Shown here piece by piece: positions 37,895-48,976 of a DNA stretch of 64,000 nt. The translations under genes were made by a program, and so were the position numbers. The notes under the pieces were generated by a model. The model did not search any database. It was not told the DNA's origin and saw only the letters and a list, made by a program, of their open reading frames with translations. The DNA is from an uncultured Candidatus Actinomarina sp. (GTDB taxonomy: Bacteria; Actinomycetota; Acidimicrobiia; Actinomarinales; Actinomarinaceae). Positions within the stretch are counted from its first letter, which is position 1. Every line of letters starts with the position of its first letter. The stretch lies in NCBI GenBank assembly GCA_902534495.1, contig CACAQC010000002.1, positions 14,517 through 78,516 of the forward strand. The letters run 5' to 3'.

Positions 37895-39787
37895 TTATTT
37901 AGATAGATTCTCACGATTTTTAAATAATACTTGACCGTCATCAATTCCACCAATTATTTCATTATCAATTACATTTATTGACGAAGGAAGATGTGAATTG
38001 TTTATATTTTCAGTATTTATTTTATCCAGTATTGATAAGTCATTATTTAAATATGAATGTACATAAATAAATAAATTTTGCAAAATTCTTTTATCAAAGT
38101 CAATTTGTTCTAAATCAGGAGTTCTAATCGCAACAAAAGTTCCGTGTCTATCTTGTATGTCTTGTCTATTTATCTCATCTGGTGGGTAATCGTGTAAAGA
38201 AGTACAGTTCTTTGTCAAAAAAGGTCCGTGGTCACCAATTAAAATTATGATGCTATTTTCAAATGACTCCTTGAGCGAATTTACATCTTCTCTCATTTCC
38301 ATGTTGCCTTTTTTTAAATCTTTTTTCCAGTTTTCAAACTCTCCATCAAGACACTCTCCACTATTTTGAGTGTGTCCTGGATAGTAGGTATGGCTGTAAA
38401 GAAATACAGGATTATCATACTCATGAATTTGACCCAAAAAATTACGTTTTTGTTCCAAATAATTAATATGTGGAGAAGCATATATTAAATCTTTAAATGT
38501 TTGTTTTCCTCTCAACATTGATTTATATATATTACTTGATCTATTTGCTGATACAGGGTAGTAGTAATCATAATTAGGAGCTGCAGTTGGCGGCAAATAA
38601 AAAGAACTAGTAAAAATTCCAGCAGTAAAATATTCATTATCATTTAACAAATTTATAAAACTGGAATAGCCACCAGTTATTAATCTTCCATTTTTCTCGC
38701 CATAAGTATTAGTTTCACCTTGAAATAAACCAGACATTGTTGCAAGGGTGTAGCTTCCATGACTGTATATCCCATTGTAAATTGTAAATTTTTGATCAAG
38801 TAAAAAATTAATATGTTCAGAATTGTCAATATTCATATTTTCGAGAGTTTCTAGTTGCGGATATCCGTCGTAAACGAGCAGCACTATTGAAGGAGTAGTT
38901 TTTAACGATTGGTAATCAGAATTAGTAAAGACAGAGTTCATATTGATGTTTGCAAGCTCAATATCTTCTCTTTCTGTAGTTAAATTGGGAATAACTGAGA
39001 TAAAAAATATCATGACTGAAAACAGTGTAAGCTGCCTGAGAGTTGAATTAAAAATTAGATAAGCAAATATAAAAATAATCAAAAATATACCAAGTAATAT
39101 ATTTACATTGTTAGGTTTTACCCAACTATATGTGTAGCTAATTGTTGGCATCTCGAATATAAAAATCAGAAGTGATGTGTTAAATACTTGAAAAATAGAG
39201 ATACCAAGTATTGAGTCGAATATAAGTGAATAAAAGATGATTACTAGAAAACTTGTAAGTGCAAAATAAAAAACCAAATAGACCATTTCGTTTCTAAAGA
39301 GAATTTCTCTGTTACTAACACAGTATCTGAAAATTGGAATTAATGAAATAATCGAGAGTATCAAGGCCTTATTCATATTATTTTTATTTATGTTTAAAGC
39401 TTCTTGAGTATTTTCTGTTTTGAATATTGTTATTAAATATAATCCAACAAAAAATAAAAAAACTGAGGACAATAAAACTAGCTCACTTATGTTGTTGCTC
39501 TCAATTCTAAATTGTAAGAAAACGATGGAACTAAACAATATTACAAAATAAGAAAATGTAATGAGCTTATGGCTTTGATATAAATTTTTTATAGCTAATA
39601 CAGAATGCGCAATTGGTTTTCTGTCTTTTACCAGGCTAAAAAATAAAATTGAGGCAAACACAATGAAGCAAGCCCCAATTACAAGCTCTAAAAATTGTTT
39701 TGTTATACCCTCTTGTATTAAAAATCTGAGTATTGCCAAGAGACTTGTATTTATAAACAAAAAATATAGTATTTTTATTTTTAGCAT
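37895..39787 (-). CDS. Membrane-anchored sulfatase-like/LTA-synthase superfamily protein
   Basis: About 8 TMs, then alkaline-phosphatase-fold motifs LLVYDGY, YTLATM, PGH, IGDHG. Confidence 0.7.
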   Translation of the reverse strand: MLKIKILYFLFINTSLLAILRFLIQEGITKQFLELVIGACFIVFASILFFSLVKDRKPIAHSVLAIKNLYQSHKLITFSYFVILFSSIVFLQFRIESNNISELVLLSSVFLFFVGLYLITIFKTENTQEALNINKNNMNKALILSIISLIPIFRYCVSNREILFRNEMVYLVFYFALTSFLVIIFYSLIFDSILGISIFQVFNTSLLIFIFEMPTISYTYSWVKPNNVNILLGIFLIIFIFAYLIFNSTLRQLTLFSVMIFFISVIPNLTTEREDIELANINMNSVFTNSDYQSLKTTPSIVLLVYDGYPQLETLENMNIDNSEHINFLLDQKFTIYNGIYSHGSYTLATMSGLFQGETNTYGEKNGRLITGGYSSFINLLNDNEYFTAGIFTSSFYLPPTAAPNYDYYYPVSANRSSNIYKSMLRGKQTFKDLIYASPHINYLEQKRNFLGQIHEYDNPVFLYSHTYYPGHTQNSGECLDGEFENWKKDLKKGNMEMREDVNSLKESFENSIIILIGDHGPFLTKNCTSLHDYPPDEINRQDIQDRHGTFVAIRTPDLEQIDFDKRILQNLFIYVHSYLNNDLSILDKINTENINNSHLPSSINVIDNEIIGGIDDGQVLFKNRENLSK

Positions 39788-39912
39788 AAATTTTTTTACA
39801 TCTCCTAATTTGTAGTTTTATTCTACAAGTACACATTATGCTAACTATGTTTAGATATAAAAAATTTTAATCTTTATTAAAGATAAAACTATTTGTATTA
39901 TTCAAATAAGCT

Positions 39913-41295
39913 ATGTTTAAAAACTCTATATTTTACTCATTCGAAAAACTGTCTCCAAAGTTGATTTCTGTATTATTGCTACCAATTTTATTGCGACTTA
40001 TTAAACCAGAACTCTGGGCTGAAATTACTTTGTTATTAGCTTTGCAGCTTCTAATTTCTTATTTTCTAACACAAGGAGATGAGAGGTCTATCCTTAAATT
40101 TACCTCTGAAGAAGAGGTCCTTTACAGATCATTTACTAGCTTGTTGAGAATTAGTTTATTGGTTTTGATGATTTTTGAAATTGTCGGTTATTTTTTTGAA
40201 ACACTCCCGTTTTCGTTACAGTATGGTCTTCCCTTTAGGTTTATGTACGTTAGTACTGTAATTATTTCTGTAAATAAACTCCTACTTGCAAAATTAAGAT
40301 CCTTAGAGAAATCAACTGAGATTTTTAAATCTTCTTTTTTTGAATCTCTATTTATTAATTCGATTCAACTTTTATTTGTTGCAATTACAGTTCAACTTGA
40401 TGGTTATGATTCAAGAGTTATCGTAACGGTTTATTTTCTTGTACAACTATTTGGTAATTTGTTCAAATTTCTATACTTTGCAAAATCTATTAAATTTAAA
40501 TTAACACTTGTGCTAAAAAATTTATTAGCAAAAAAACCAAAAGACTTTTTAAAGTTTTCAAATATAAGTTTTTTGATTCTAATTTCTAATTATTTTGTTA
40601 ACTGGCAGGATAAATTTTTTGTTGAAATAATTTTTGGACTCAAAGAATTAGGTATCTATTCTGTAACAACAAGAATTTCAAATTTAGGACTAGTATTCAT
40701 CAGCTCGATTCTAATTGCTGCTTACTCTAAATATTGGCCAAAAACTATTGAGGACAAGACTGATTACCAAGTAAAACAAATAACTGGTGACATAATACTC
40801 ATTTCTTCGTATACGATGGCAGCGCTAATGTTAATAGTCGTGAGTGTTGGTCAATATGTTTTTCCAACTAGTTATGAAACTTCCATCAATATGATTGATT
40901 TAGCTACTCTACTCGTTTTCTTACAAACAATTGTTCTTATCTTTTCGATTGATCTTGGTAGGATTAGTAATCTAAAACGCATATATTTCTTTAATCTTGC
41001 AGTTATTATTCTTCAAGTATCTATATACAATCTTTATTCTTTTGAAAATCTGGAAGAAATTTTCATTTTGCAAATTGTCACAATGCTAATTTTCATAACT
41101 GCATTTTTTTGGAAAACAGTTCTTTTATTTAAAAAAGAATTTACAATTTCTTTACTTTTAATTTCTGCTTCAGTTCTTATTGCAACTTTTTACCAATCTA
41201 GCGGTTCTCAGATTCTCCAATTATCATCATTTCTTTTGAGCCTATTTTTTGCATCAAATGTATTGCAAAGATGGATAAAGCTTGACTCAAATTAA
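39913..41295 (+). CDS. Oligosaccharide flippase (Wzx-like)
   Basis: 12+ TMs, LLLPILLRL, QDKFFV...LGIYS. Confidence 0.75.
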   Translation: MFKNSIFYSFEKLSPKLISVLLLPILLRLIKPELWAEITLLLALQLLISYFLTQGDERSILKFTSEEEVLYRSFTSLLRISLLVLMIFEIVGYFFETLPFSLQYGLPFRFMYVSTVIISVNKLLLAKLRSLEKSTEIFKSSFFESLFINSIQLLFVAITVQLDGYDSRVIVTVYFLVQLFGNLFKFLYFAKSIKFKLTLVLKNLLAKKPKDFLKFSNISFLILISNYFVNWQDKFFVEIIFGLKELGIYSVTTRISNLGLVFISSILIAAYSKYWPKTIEDKTDYQVKQITGDIILISSYTMAALMLIVVSVGQYVFPTSYETSINMIDLATLLVFLQTIVLIFSIDLGRISNLKRIYFFNLAVIILQVSIYNLYSFENLEEIFILQIVTMLIFITAFFWKTVLLFKKEFTISLLLISASVLIATFYQSSGSQILQLSSFLLSLFFASNVLQRWIKLDSN

Positions 41296-42276
41296 ACTAT
41301 TTAAAATTTGTAAAGCACGATTTTTAGAAAAATTTTGTATGATTTTTTGTTGACTTTCATTGTGATTGTATTTACTCATTGAAAAGTTTATTAATTTATT
41401 TTTTAAATCTTGATAATTTTCACTTTCAAAAATTACACCATTTTTAGTCATTTCAATAATCTCCTTATTACCAGTTTTGCAATCAGATACTATTGAAAAT
41501 AAATTATTGTATTGTGCTTCAAGCAAGACATTGGACATTCCTTCTTTTCTTGATGGTAAAACGAAAAAACTGTAATTAGTCCAGATATTTTCCATGTTTA
41601 CGGGGTCTTTTTTTATTGAAACATTTTCATTACTTATTAGATTGCTCAAATTTTGATATTCTTCACCAACACCATATATATCAATTTTGATTTTTCTATC
41701 ATCCAACTCATTCATGGCTCTTATTAAAACGTCAATACCTTTATTATGTGTAAGTCTTGATACAACTACTCCATTTAATTTTGAAACCTTTTCCTTAAAT
41801 GGTTCATTTTTAGTGTCTTCAACTATGTTATTTAAATAATAAAATTTTTCACTTATCACAGGAAAACGGTTTTTATAGAAATCTAGGTTTTCTCTAGAAT
41901 TAAACAGTACAACATCAGCGTTTTTCAATATAAATTTTGTAAATCGTAAATCAATATTGTAATTTGCTACTCTAACAATGCTTTTATAATTGGCAATTCT
42001 TAATTTTTTAATTAATACATTTAATAAGTTTGGTGTAGGCAGAGTAGAAATAAAAATGTCTGGGACAAAAGTTTTCAGCACATTGACTAATTGAAAAAAG
42101 GAATTCCTTGTTTTTTTGACACCGATTACGGTGTGATCTCCAACACTGCTACTTTTTTTTGCTGTAACAAATAAACAATCGTTATCATCTTTTAAAGCAT
42201 TGAAAATTTTTACTAGCTGCCTTTCAGCCCCACTTGTATTGAAAGTTGATGTAAAGAAAATAATTTTTCTACTCAT
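41287..42276 (-). CDS. Glycosyltransferase family 4
   Basis: SGAERQ, SRLTHNKG, EGMSNVLLEA. Confidence 0.88.
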   Translation of the reverse strand: MSRKIIFFTSTFNTSGAERQLVKIFNALKDDNDCLFVTAKKSSSVGDHTVIGVKKTRNSFFQLVNVLKTFVPDIFISTLPTPNLLNVLIKKLRIANYKSIVRVANYNIDLRFTKFILKNADVVLFNSRENLDFYKNRFPVISEKFYYLNNIVEDTKNEPFKEKVSKLNGVVVSRLTHNKGIDVLIRAMNELDDRKIKIDIYGVGEEYQNLSNLISNENVSIKKDPVNMENIWTNYSFFVLPSRKEGMSNVLLEAQYNNLFSIVSDCKTGNKEIIEMTKNGVIFESENYQDLKNKLINFSMSKYNHNESQQKIIQNFSKNRALQILNSLI

Positions 42277-43063
42277 ATATCTCTCTTATTTTTTCTTCAT
42301 AGTTTTTGGAATATATCAAACCAAGATATTTACTACCATATTTTATTGGCAATTTATTCAAATTTTTTAATTCTTTTCTATACCAGAATAAATTATCTTC
42401 TAAATCGTCGAATATTATCAGATAATCCTTAGTATTTTTTAAAACCATCCTTAGTAAAAATAATTTTCCATTTAACGACTTATCAGAATCAAAATAATAA
42501 AAATTATATTTATTTTTCTTAATTAATCGCCCTGCAATAGCCCTGTCTTTTCCAATATATAGTTTCCAATTTTTTTTAAATGATTTACTGACTAAAATTC
42601 CAATATACTCCTCAGCATTTTTAATATCTGCTCTTGGTAAATCAATCGAGTCTAATGAAAATGCATTACTATTTTTTATACCTGAAGCAAGAATTGAATT
42701 TGTAGACAGTCCTAGCCATACACCAGTTTCTAGGGCTTTCATAGGATTTACTATTTTTAGTAGTATATAAAGTAATTCTGGATATTGCACACCGTGAAGC
42801 TTTACACTCTTTTTTTTGGAAATATCCAGAAATTTTTTCATGGCATCATTATTAATCTTTTTGAAGTCATCATATTCATAAGGAAATTTATTTTCTAAAA
42901 AATTTTTATCTAATTCTATGACAGATAAATCTTCTTTAAGTAGATTCAAAGCAACCTCTCTATTTTTTTTGTATTTATTTTTAAAAATATAAAATTTAAA
43001 AAATTGAAAACTTTTATATTTAAATGAATGTTTTATATTTAGGACCTTGCTTTTAAGCGACAT
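42269..43063 (-). CDS. Class I SAM-dependent methyltransferase
   Basis: LETGVWLGLST, SIDLP, YFDSDK, IFDD. Confidence 0.7.
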   Translation of the reverse strand: MSLKSKVLNIKHSFKYKSFQFFKFYIFKNKYKKNREVALNLLKEDLSVIELDKNFLENKFPYEYDDFKKINNDAMKKFLDISKKKSVKLHGVQYPELLYILLKIVNPMKALETGVWLGLSTNSILASGIKNSNAFSLDSIDLPRADIKNAEEYIGILVSKSFKKNWKLYIGKDRAIAGRLIKKNKYNFYYFDSDKSLNGKLFLLRMVLKNTKDYLIIFDDLEDNLFWYRKELKNLNKLPIKYGSKYLGLIYSKNYEEKIREIYE

Positions 43064-43079
43064 AGTATAATTATATAAA

Positions 43080-44768
43080 TTGTTTTTTAAAAAAATTAAC
43101 TATAAGCTATTTGTAGTTCTGACCCTATTTATTTTCAATGTAATAAATTATTTCAAATCTTCACTAATTTATGTTGCACTTTTCTCATTTTTATCTTTTG
43201 TGATATATTACTTTTCTAAGATAGATAGAAGTTTAATTCTAGATTCATTTTTATACACCAACGTAGTTTCTTTAGTGTTGCCAGCTAGAATTCCATTCTA
43301 CGGAAATCAATTTGCTTATTTCGATCACCTATACAAAGATGATATTGCATTTAATTCAATTAGCTATTCAAATTCACCTGATTATATTGGTTTTGATTTA
43401 TTATCACGATTTCTGTTATTAGGTGACAATTTAACCAATCTAAATGTAGCCTTATTTTTTGTAAATTTTTTAGCCTTTTATTCAATTTTTAGATTTTACA
43501 AAAATGCTTTTAACGACAAAAATATAACATTATTTAAGTTCCTGTTATTGATTATTTTAGTCGCAATTAATTTACCATCAGAATTTAATTCGTTTATTGG
43601 CTTTCCAAAGCTTTTATTAAATGGCACAGCAGGACTTGGAAGTTTTGGGCTAAGAGTATTCACACCAGCCAGCTTTTCATTCATAATGTTTTTGCCTCTT
43701 ACATTATTGTTAGAGAACAAAACTAAACAATTCTTTATAAGTGGATTAATTTTGTCATCGTTTCACTATTACATTTTCATAGTAATGATTGTTGTTTTCA
43801 TTTCATACATCTCATCAAAAAGAGAGAAGTTATACCTTTTCCAATCCTTTTTGTTTGTCATCACTCTTTTTTTCATACTGGATCAATATCAATTTTTTCA
43901 AGACTTAAGTGAACATTTAGTTAGGTTGAAAAATAAAAATGTTAATTTTAATTTGATACCTGTAATTTCCATTGGAACTATATTAAACAGCGGATTCGAT
44001 GGTAACTTTGTTTACTACATTAATTTAGAAAATTTTACTTTTTTCAAACCTGAGTTTTCAATTTCAAATTTTTCTCCAACTGTTGGTGTTTTTAATAACG
44101 AATCGAGCATACCGTTTGAAAAACTTATTTTGTTTTTTATCAGCTTGTATTTAACGAGAAATAACAAGAAGTTATTTAACATGTTGCTTTTTGCAGTAAG
44201 TGTTTTTTTAACGTCTCATTACTTGTTTTCAGTAAATTTATTTTCTTTTCATGCAATCTTCCAGCCTTACAGAATTATTCACTTATTTTCAATTGTTTGT
44301 TTTATGGTGATTATAAGTTCAATAAAATTAAGAAATTTTATAACATTTTCAAATAGTTTTTATTTAGTTCTAATACTTTTATTACCCACCTCTTTTTTCT
44401 TGTGGAAAACATACAGCTCACTTGAAAATTCATACAATATTGAAATATTTGAAAGTATAAAAAATATAGAAGAACAGTTAGTACTAATTCCACTTAATGA
44501 AACTAAAGATGTTTATTATTTTGGTTTTCCAAATATTTTTGTATCAACCTTTCCTCCTACCGATTACTTGAACAATGACATTATGAACTCTTATTTTGAT
44601 AAGTTGTCTCACTATGAAAATATATATTCCATGAAATCGTGTAAAGAAATCGAAAACTATATTGAAGACAACAACCTTGAAATTGAATATATTTTTATCC
44701 CTAAAGAGAATGATTTTTTCGTTAAAGACTGTAATTTAAACATAATTTTCTTTTCTGATTCTATTTGA
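43080..44768 (+). CDS. Polytopic membrane protein (Wzy/GT-C-like)
   Basis: Many TMs within the glycan locus; no diagnostic motif. Confidence 0.55.
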   Translation: MFFKKINYKLFVVLTLFIFNVINYFKSSLIYVALFSFLSFVIYYFSKIDRSLILDSFLYTNVVSLVLPARIPFYGNQFAYFDHLYKDDIAFNSISYSNSPDYIGFDLLSRFLLLGDNLTNLNVALFFVNFLAFYSIFRFYKNAFNDKNITLFKFLLLIILVAINLPSEFNSFIGFPKLLLNGTAGLGSFGLRVFTPASFSFIMFLPLTLLLENKTKQFFISGLILSSFHYYIFIVMIVVFISYISSKREKLYLFQSFLFVITLFFILDQYQFFQDLSEHLVRLKNKNVNFNLIPVISIGTILNSGFDGNFVYYINLENFTFFKPEFSISNFSPTVGVFNNESSIPFEKLILFFISLYLTRNNKKLFNMLLFAVSVFLTSHYLFSVNLFSFHAIFQPYRIIHLFSIVCFMVIISSIKLRNFITFSNSFYLVLILLLPTSFFLWKTYSSLENSYNIEIFESIKNIEEQLVLIPLNETKDVYYFGFPNIFVSTFPPTDYLNNDIMNSYFDKLSHYENIYSMKSCKEIENYIEDNNLEIEYIFIPKENDFFVKDCNLNIIFFSDSI

Positions 44769-44818
44769 TAAATTTTATCTGTTTTCTAAAGTATCATTAA
44801 TATATCAATGAAGTATCA

Positions 44819-45832
44819 ATGAATAATATGATTAATTTTGGAATGATAGGTTGTGGTTATTGGGGTAAAAATATCGCAAGAAATATTTATCAGAATGGAG
44901 ATTGTAACTTAAGCCATATTTCAGATTTAAATGAATCAAATTTAAGCTACATAAATAAAAACTATCCAAACACAAAAACTACTGTCAATGCTGACGAGGT
45001 ATTCAAGGATGCAGATTTAGATATTGTAGGTATTTTCACACCTCCGAAAACTCATTACAAGCTTATTATTAAAGCCCTTGAGAATGATAAACATGTATTA
45101 GTCACAAAACCTCTTTGCCTAAGTGCTTCAGAGGCAGAAAAAATAAAAGCAACTTCTGAAAAAAAACAGCTCCGTGTTTTTCTTGATGACACTTTTTTAT
45201 TTAGTGGTCCAGTCGCATTTTTAAAAAAATATTTTAAAGAGGAAAGCTTTGGAGACCTTGTTTTTATTCAGTCTTCAAGAATTAATTTGGGACTAATCCA
45301 AGATGATTGCAATGTCATATGGGATTTAGGACCACACGATATCGGAATATTAAATTATATTTTAGATTCTGAGCCAATCAAGGTTAGAGCAACTGGCTTC
45401 AACCCATTTGAAGGGATATATGATTTTGCATGTCACAGCAATTGTGATTTAGTATATGAAAATAATTTATTCGCCTCTGTAACACTAAGCTGGCTTTCTG
45501 CAATAAAAACAAGAAGAATGATTTTTGGAGGTACAAAAGAAACGGTGGTTTACGACCATCTTGATGAAGATCAACAAATTAAAATATTTAAACAAAGCAT
45601 ACTTCCTAGTGAAATAGATGCGAGCACTCAATTTGAGTATTCAGTTGGTGAAACTGTTTTACCTCTAATTGATAATATAGAGCCACTTAAAAAAGAGATA
45701 GAAGAAGTTGTGCGTTGTTTAAAAACAAATACAAAGTTTGTTTCAGATGTCGATCATGCAATAAAAACAATTAAAGTCATTGAGTCACTTCAGCTATCAT
45801 TGATGTCAAATAGTGAGTTTATAGATATATGA
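44819..45832 (+). CDS. Gfo/Idh/MocA-family NDP-sugar oxidoreductase
   Basis: IGCGYWGKN, HVLVTKP, WDLGPHD, SWLS. Confidence 0.85.
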   Translation: MNNMINFGMIGCGYWGKNIARNIYQNGDCNLSHISDLNESNLSYINKNYPNTKTTVNADEVFKDADLDIVGIFTPPKTHYKLIIKALENDKHVLVTKPLCLSASEAEKIKATSEKKQLRVFLDDTFLFSGPVAFLKKYFKEESFGDLVFIQSSRINLGLIQDDCNVIWDLGPHDIGILNYILDSEPIKVRATGFNPFEGIYDFACHSNCDLVYENNLFASVTLSWLSAIKTRRMIFGGTKETVVYDHLDEDQQIKIFKQSILPSEIDASTQFEYSVGETVLPLIDNIEPLKKEIEEVVRCLKTNTKFVSDVDHAIKTIKVIESLQLSLMSNSEFIDI

Positions 45833-46836
45833 TCAAAAATGCTTCATTAGAAAACAAAAACGTTTTAATCACTGGAGGAGCGGGGTTTATCGGGTCTGAA
45901 TTAACTAAACAAGTTCTTTCACACGGTGCAAAGGTTTCGGTCGTTGACAATCTTGTGAATGGTAAAAAATCAAATTTAAATTTGGATGATAAAAACTTGA
46001 TGTTTTATGAAGAAGATATTAGAAATCAACAGGTTATGCAAAATCTTATTTCTAAATCAGATTATGTTTTCAACCTCGCATGTCTTGGTGTCAGACACTC
46101 CCTTCACTCACCTATTGAAAGTCACAGTGTAAATGCTGATGCAACTTTAAATCTACTTAAAATGAGTAGAGAAACTGATATTAAGAAATTCGTACATATC
46201 TCAACCTCAGAAGTCTACGGTACAGCAAAGTATGTTCCTATGACTGAAGAACACCCAACAGCCCCACACACTGTGTATGGCGCTTCAAAATTAGCAGGCG
46301 AAGCTTATGCACGCGCCTATAGTAAATCATTTAATACTAATACTGTTGTCATAAGACCATTTAATTCATATGGTTACAATTCTCATCACGAGGGCGACTC
46401 AGGAGAAGTGATACCTAAATTTATAATACGAGCATTGACAGGAAATCCACTCTATATTTTTGGTAATGGAGAACAGACTAGAGATTTTACATTTGTAACT
46501 GACACTGCAAATGCAATAATTCAAATAGGCTTAAACGATTTAACAAATGAAACTTATAATCTTGGTAGCGAGAACGAGATTACAGTAAATGAATTGGCAA
46601 AATTGATTTTACAACTTACTAATTCCTCCTCAGAAATTATTCATATCGAGCCACGACCAGGAGATGTATTGCGACTATTCTCTGATTCAAGTAAAGCATT
46701 TAATGAATTTGGGATTTCTCACGAAATTGATTTCGAAAAAGGATTAAAAAATTTAATCATGTATTATTCAAATTCAGATAAAGATTTAAATGAAATGCTA
46801 GAAGAAGATATTATTAAAAATTGGGAATCTGAATGA
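45829..46836 (+). CDS. NAD-dependent NDP-sugar epimerase/dehydratase
   Basis: TGGAGFIGS, STSEVYG, YGASK, RPFNSYG, GEQTRDF. Confidence 0.9.
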   Translation: MIKNASLENKNVLITGGAGFIGSELTKQVLSHGAKVSVVDNLVNGKKSNLNLDDKNLMFYEEDIRNQQVMQNLISKSDYVFNLACLGVRHSLHSPIESHSVNADATLNLLKMSRETDIKKFVHISTSEVYGTAKYVPMTEEHPTAPHTVYGASKLAGEAYARAYSKSFNTNTVVIRPFNSYGYNSHHEGDSGEVIPKFIIRALTGNPLYIFGNGEQTRDFTFVTDTANAIIQIGLNDLTNETYNLGSENEITVNELAKLILQLTNSSSEIIHIEPRPGDVLRLFSDSSKAFNEFGISHEIDFEKGLKNLIMYYSNSDKDLNEMLEEDIIKNWESE

Positions 46837-48050
46837 TACCTCTGACAAAACCCTCAATCGGTATTAATGAAATTAATTCAGTTTCAAACACACTAAAGTC
46901 TGGATGGATAACCCAAGGGCCTAAAGTACAAGAATTTGAAAAAAATTTTGTAAATTATACAGGAGCTAAGTACGCTGCAGCTGTATCAAGCTGTACTACC
47001 GGTTTACAGCTTTCCTTAATTTCATTAGGTGTTCAACCTGGAGATTTAGTTATAACTGTAAGCCATTCTTATATCGCTACTGCAAATTCTATACGGCATG
47101 CAATGGCAGAACCAGTTTTTGTTGATGTAGACAAATCTAACTACAATTTAGATTTAGAGAGTCTTAAAAATTTTATCTTAAATGAATGTGTAGTTAAAGA
47201 TGGAGTAATTCACTACAAAAAACATAAAAATTTGATAGAGAATAGTCCTACTTTAAAACATTTAAAAAAATTAAATGGTAGGATATCAGCAATTATTGTT
47301 CCACATCAAATAGGGATTCCAGCAAATGTAAAAGGGATAAAACAATTTTTAAATAATTACGAGATAGCAATAATAGAAGATGCAGCTTGTGCAATTGGAA
47401 GTATTTACGACCACAAAAAATACATAGGAAATCCAGTAGGGGATACAGTATGTTTTTCTTTTCATCCAAGAAAAGTAATAACAACTGGTGATGGAGGGAT
47501 GGTTACTTCAAACAATAAAAAAATTATAGAAAATATTAAATCCCTGAGAAATCATGGAATGAATATTGATCCCTATAAAAGAAAAAGTTCAAATAAATAT
47601 TATTTTGATGTGCATATAGACAATGGTTACAATTACCGACTTACAGACATTCAAGCAGCTATGGGTGTTGAGCAGCTTGCCAGAATTGATGAAATCGTAG
47701 ATGAGAGAAGACAATTAGGAGAAATGTATAAGACAGAATTATCAACCATTAAGGGCCTATCTACATTTGAAAATGAAAAAGGTAATTTAACTAATTGGCA
47801 GAGTTTTCCAATTAATATTTTAACAAGACAGAATTCAAAACAATTAGTTAGATATTTATTTGATAGAGGTGTATTTTCAAAAAGAGGAGTAATGAATTCT
47901 CACGAAGAACCACCATATATTGAACAAAGTTGGAATTTGAAAAACTCTGAGTATTTATTGAACAAAACTGTACTGCTTCCGATGTACAATGGTTTAACTA
48001 AAAAGGATATTAAATTTGTTTGTGAAAAAGTCAGTAAATTTTTTAAATAA
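46833..48050 (+). CDS. DegT/DnrJ/EryC1/StrS aminotransferase
   Basis: SSCTTGL, IEDAACAIG, SFHPRKVITTGDGG, GYNYRLTDIQAA. Confidence 0.9.
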   Translation: MIPLTKPSIGINEINSVSNTLKSGWITQGPKVQEFEKNFVNYTGAKYAAAVSSCTTGLQLSLISLGVQPGDLVITVSHSYIATANSIRHAMAEPVFVDVDKSNYNLDLESLKNFILNECVVKDGVIHYKKHKNLIENSPTLKHLKKLNGRISAIIVPHQIGIPANVKGIKQFLNNYEIAIIEDAACAIGSIYDHKKYIGNPVGDTVCFSFHPRKVITTGDGGMVTSNNKKIIENIKSLRNHGMNIDPYKRKSSNKYYFDVHIDNGYNYRLTDIQAAMGVEQLARIDEIVDERRQLGEMYKTELSTIKGLSTFENEKGNLTNWQSFPINILTRQNSKQLVRYLFDRGVFSKRGVMNSHEEPPYIEQSWNLKNSEYLLNKTVLLPMYNGLTKKDIKFVCEKVSKFFK

Positions 48051-48053
48051 AAA

Positions 48054-48974
48054 ATGTTAAGTATTGTAATACCTGTCTATAACGAAGAAGAAAATATAAA
48101 TAGTGTTATCGAAGAATTATTAGAAAATATTGATACTCAAAGTCCATATGAAATAATATTCGTAGACGACAGCTCTGATGACAATACTTTTTTAAACATA
48201 AAAGCTATAAATTTACAAAATAATAATATAAAAATATTACGACTAGCAAGAAGGTCTGGTAGCCATATTGCAACTAAAGCTGGAATAGATGCATCCTCTG
48301 GTGATAAGCTTTTAGTTATTTCTGGTGATGGACAAGAGGATCCCTCATTAATTAAAGATATGATATCAAATATTGCTGATGGTTTTGATATAGTTTGGGG
48401 TGTTAGAGATGTTAGAGAGGAGAATTTATTTTCAAGATTAATTACTAAAATTTTCTATAAGGGACTTGTAAGATTTACAAAAAATACTACAAACTATTCG
48501 GTTGATATTTCTAATGCTGATTTCTACATGTTGAGTAACAAAGTTATAAATGAATTAAAAAAAACCTCATTAAAAAATTCTTCTTTATTTGGTCTTTTAG
48601 CTTGGGTTGGTTTCAAGCAAACATCACTTCCTTATAAGAGAAGAAAACGTTTAAACGGAAATTCAAAGTGGGGATTAAAAAGTAAATTAAGCCTAGCTAT
48701 AGATTGGTATATTAGTTTTTCTCCATCACCACTTAGATTTGTAGTATTCTCGGCTATTACAATTGCACTAGCTGCTGTAATTTACACAGTTTATATTTTC
48801 TTAAATTACAACAATGCAACCGGCATACCAGGTTGGGCCTCAACAATTGTTTTGATGCTATTTTTTAACAGCTTTATAATTTTAATTCTTGGATTAAATA
48901 GTGAGTATTTATGGAGAACTTTTAACAATACATCAGATAAACCAATTTATTCAATTGAGGATAAAATTGTCTAA
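48054..48974 (+). CDS. GT2 polyprenyl-phosphate glycosyltransferase (GtrB/ArnC-like)
   Basis: VIPVYNEE, VDDSS, DGQEDP, two C-terminal TMs with GWAS and EYLWR. Confidence 0.85.
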   Translation: MLSIVIPVYNEEENINSVIEELLENIDTQSPYEIIFVDDSSDDNTFLNIKAINLQNNNIKILRLARRSGSHIATKAGIDASSGDKLLVISGDGQEDPSLIKDMISNIADGFDIVWGVRDVREENLFSRLITKIFYKGLVRFTKNTTNYSVDISNADFYMLSNKVINELKKTSLKNSSLFGLLAWVGFKQTSLPYKRRKRLNGNSKWGLKSKLSLAIDWYISFSPSPLRFVVFSAITIALAAVIYTVYIFLNYNNATGIPGWASTIVLMLFFNSFIILILGLNSEYLWRTFNNTSDKPIYSIEDKIV

Positions 48975-48976
48975 AA

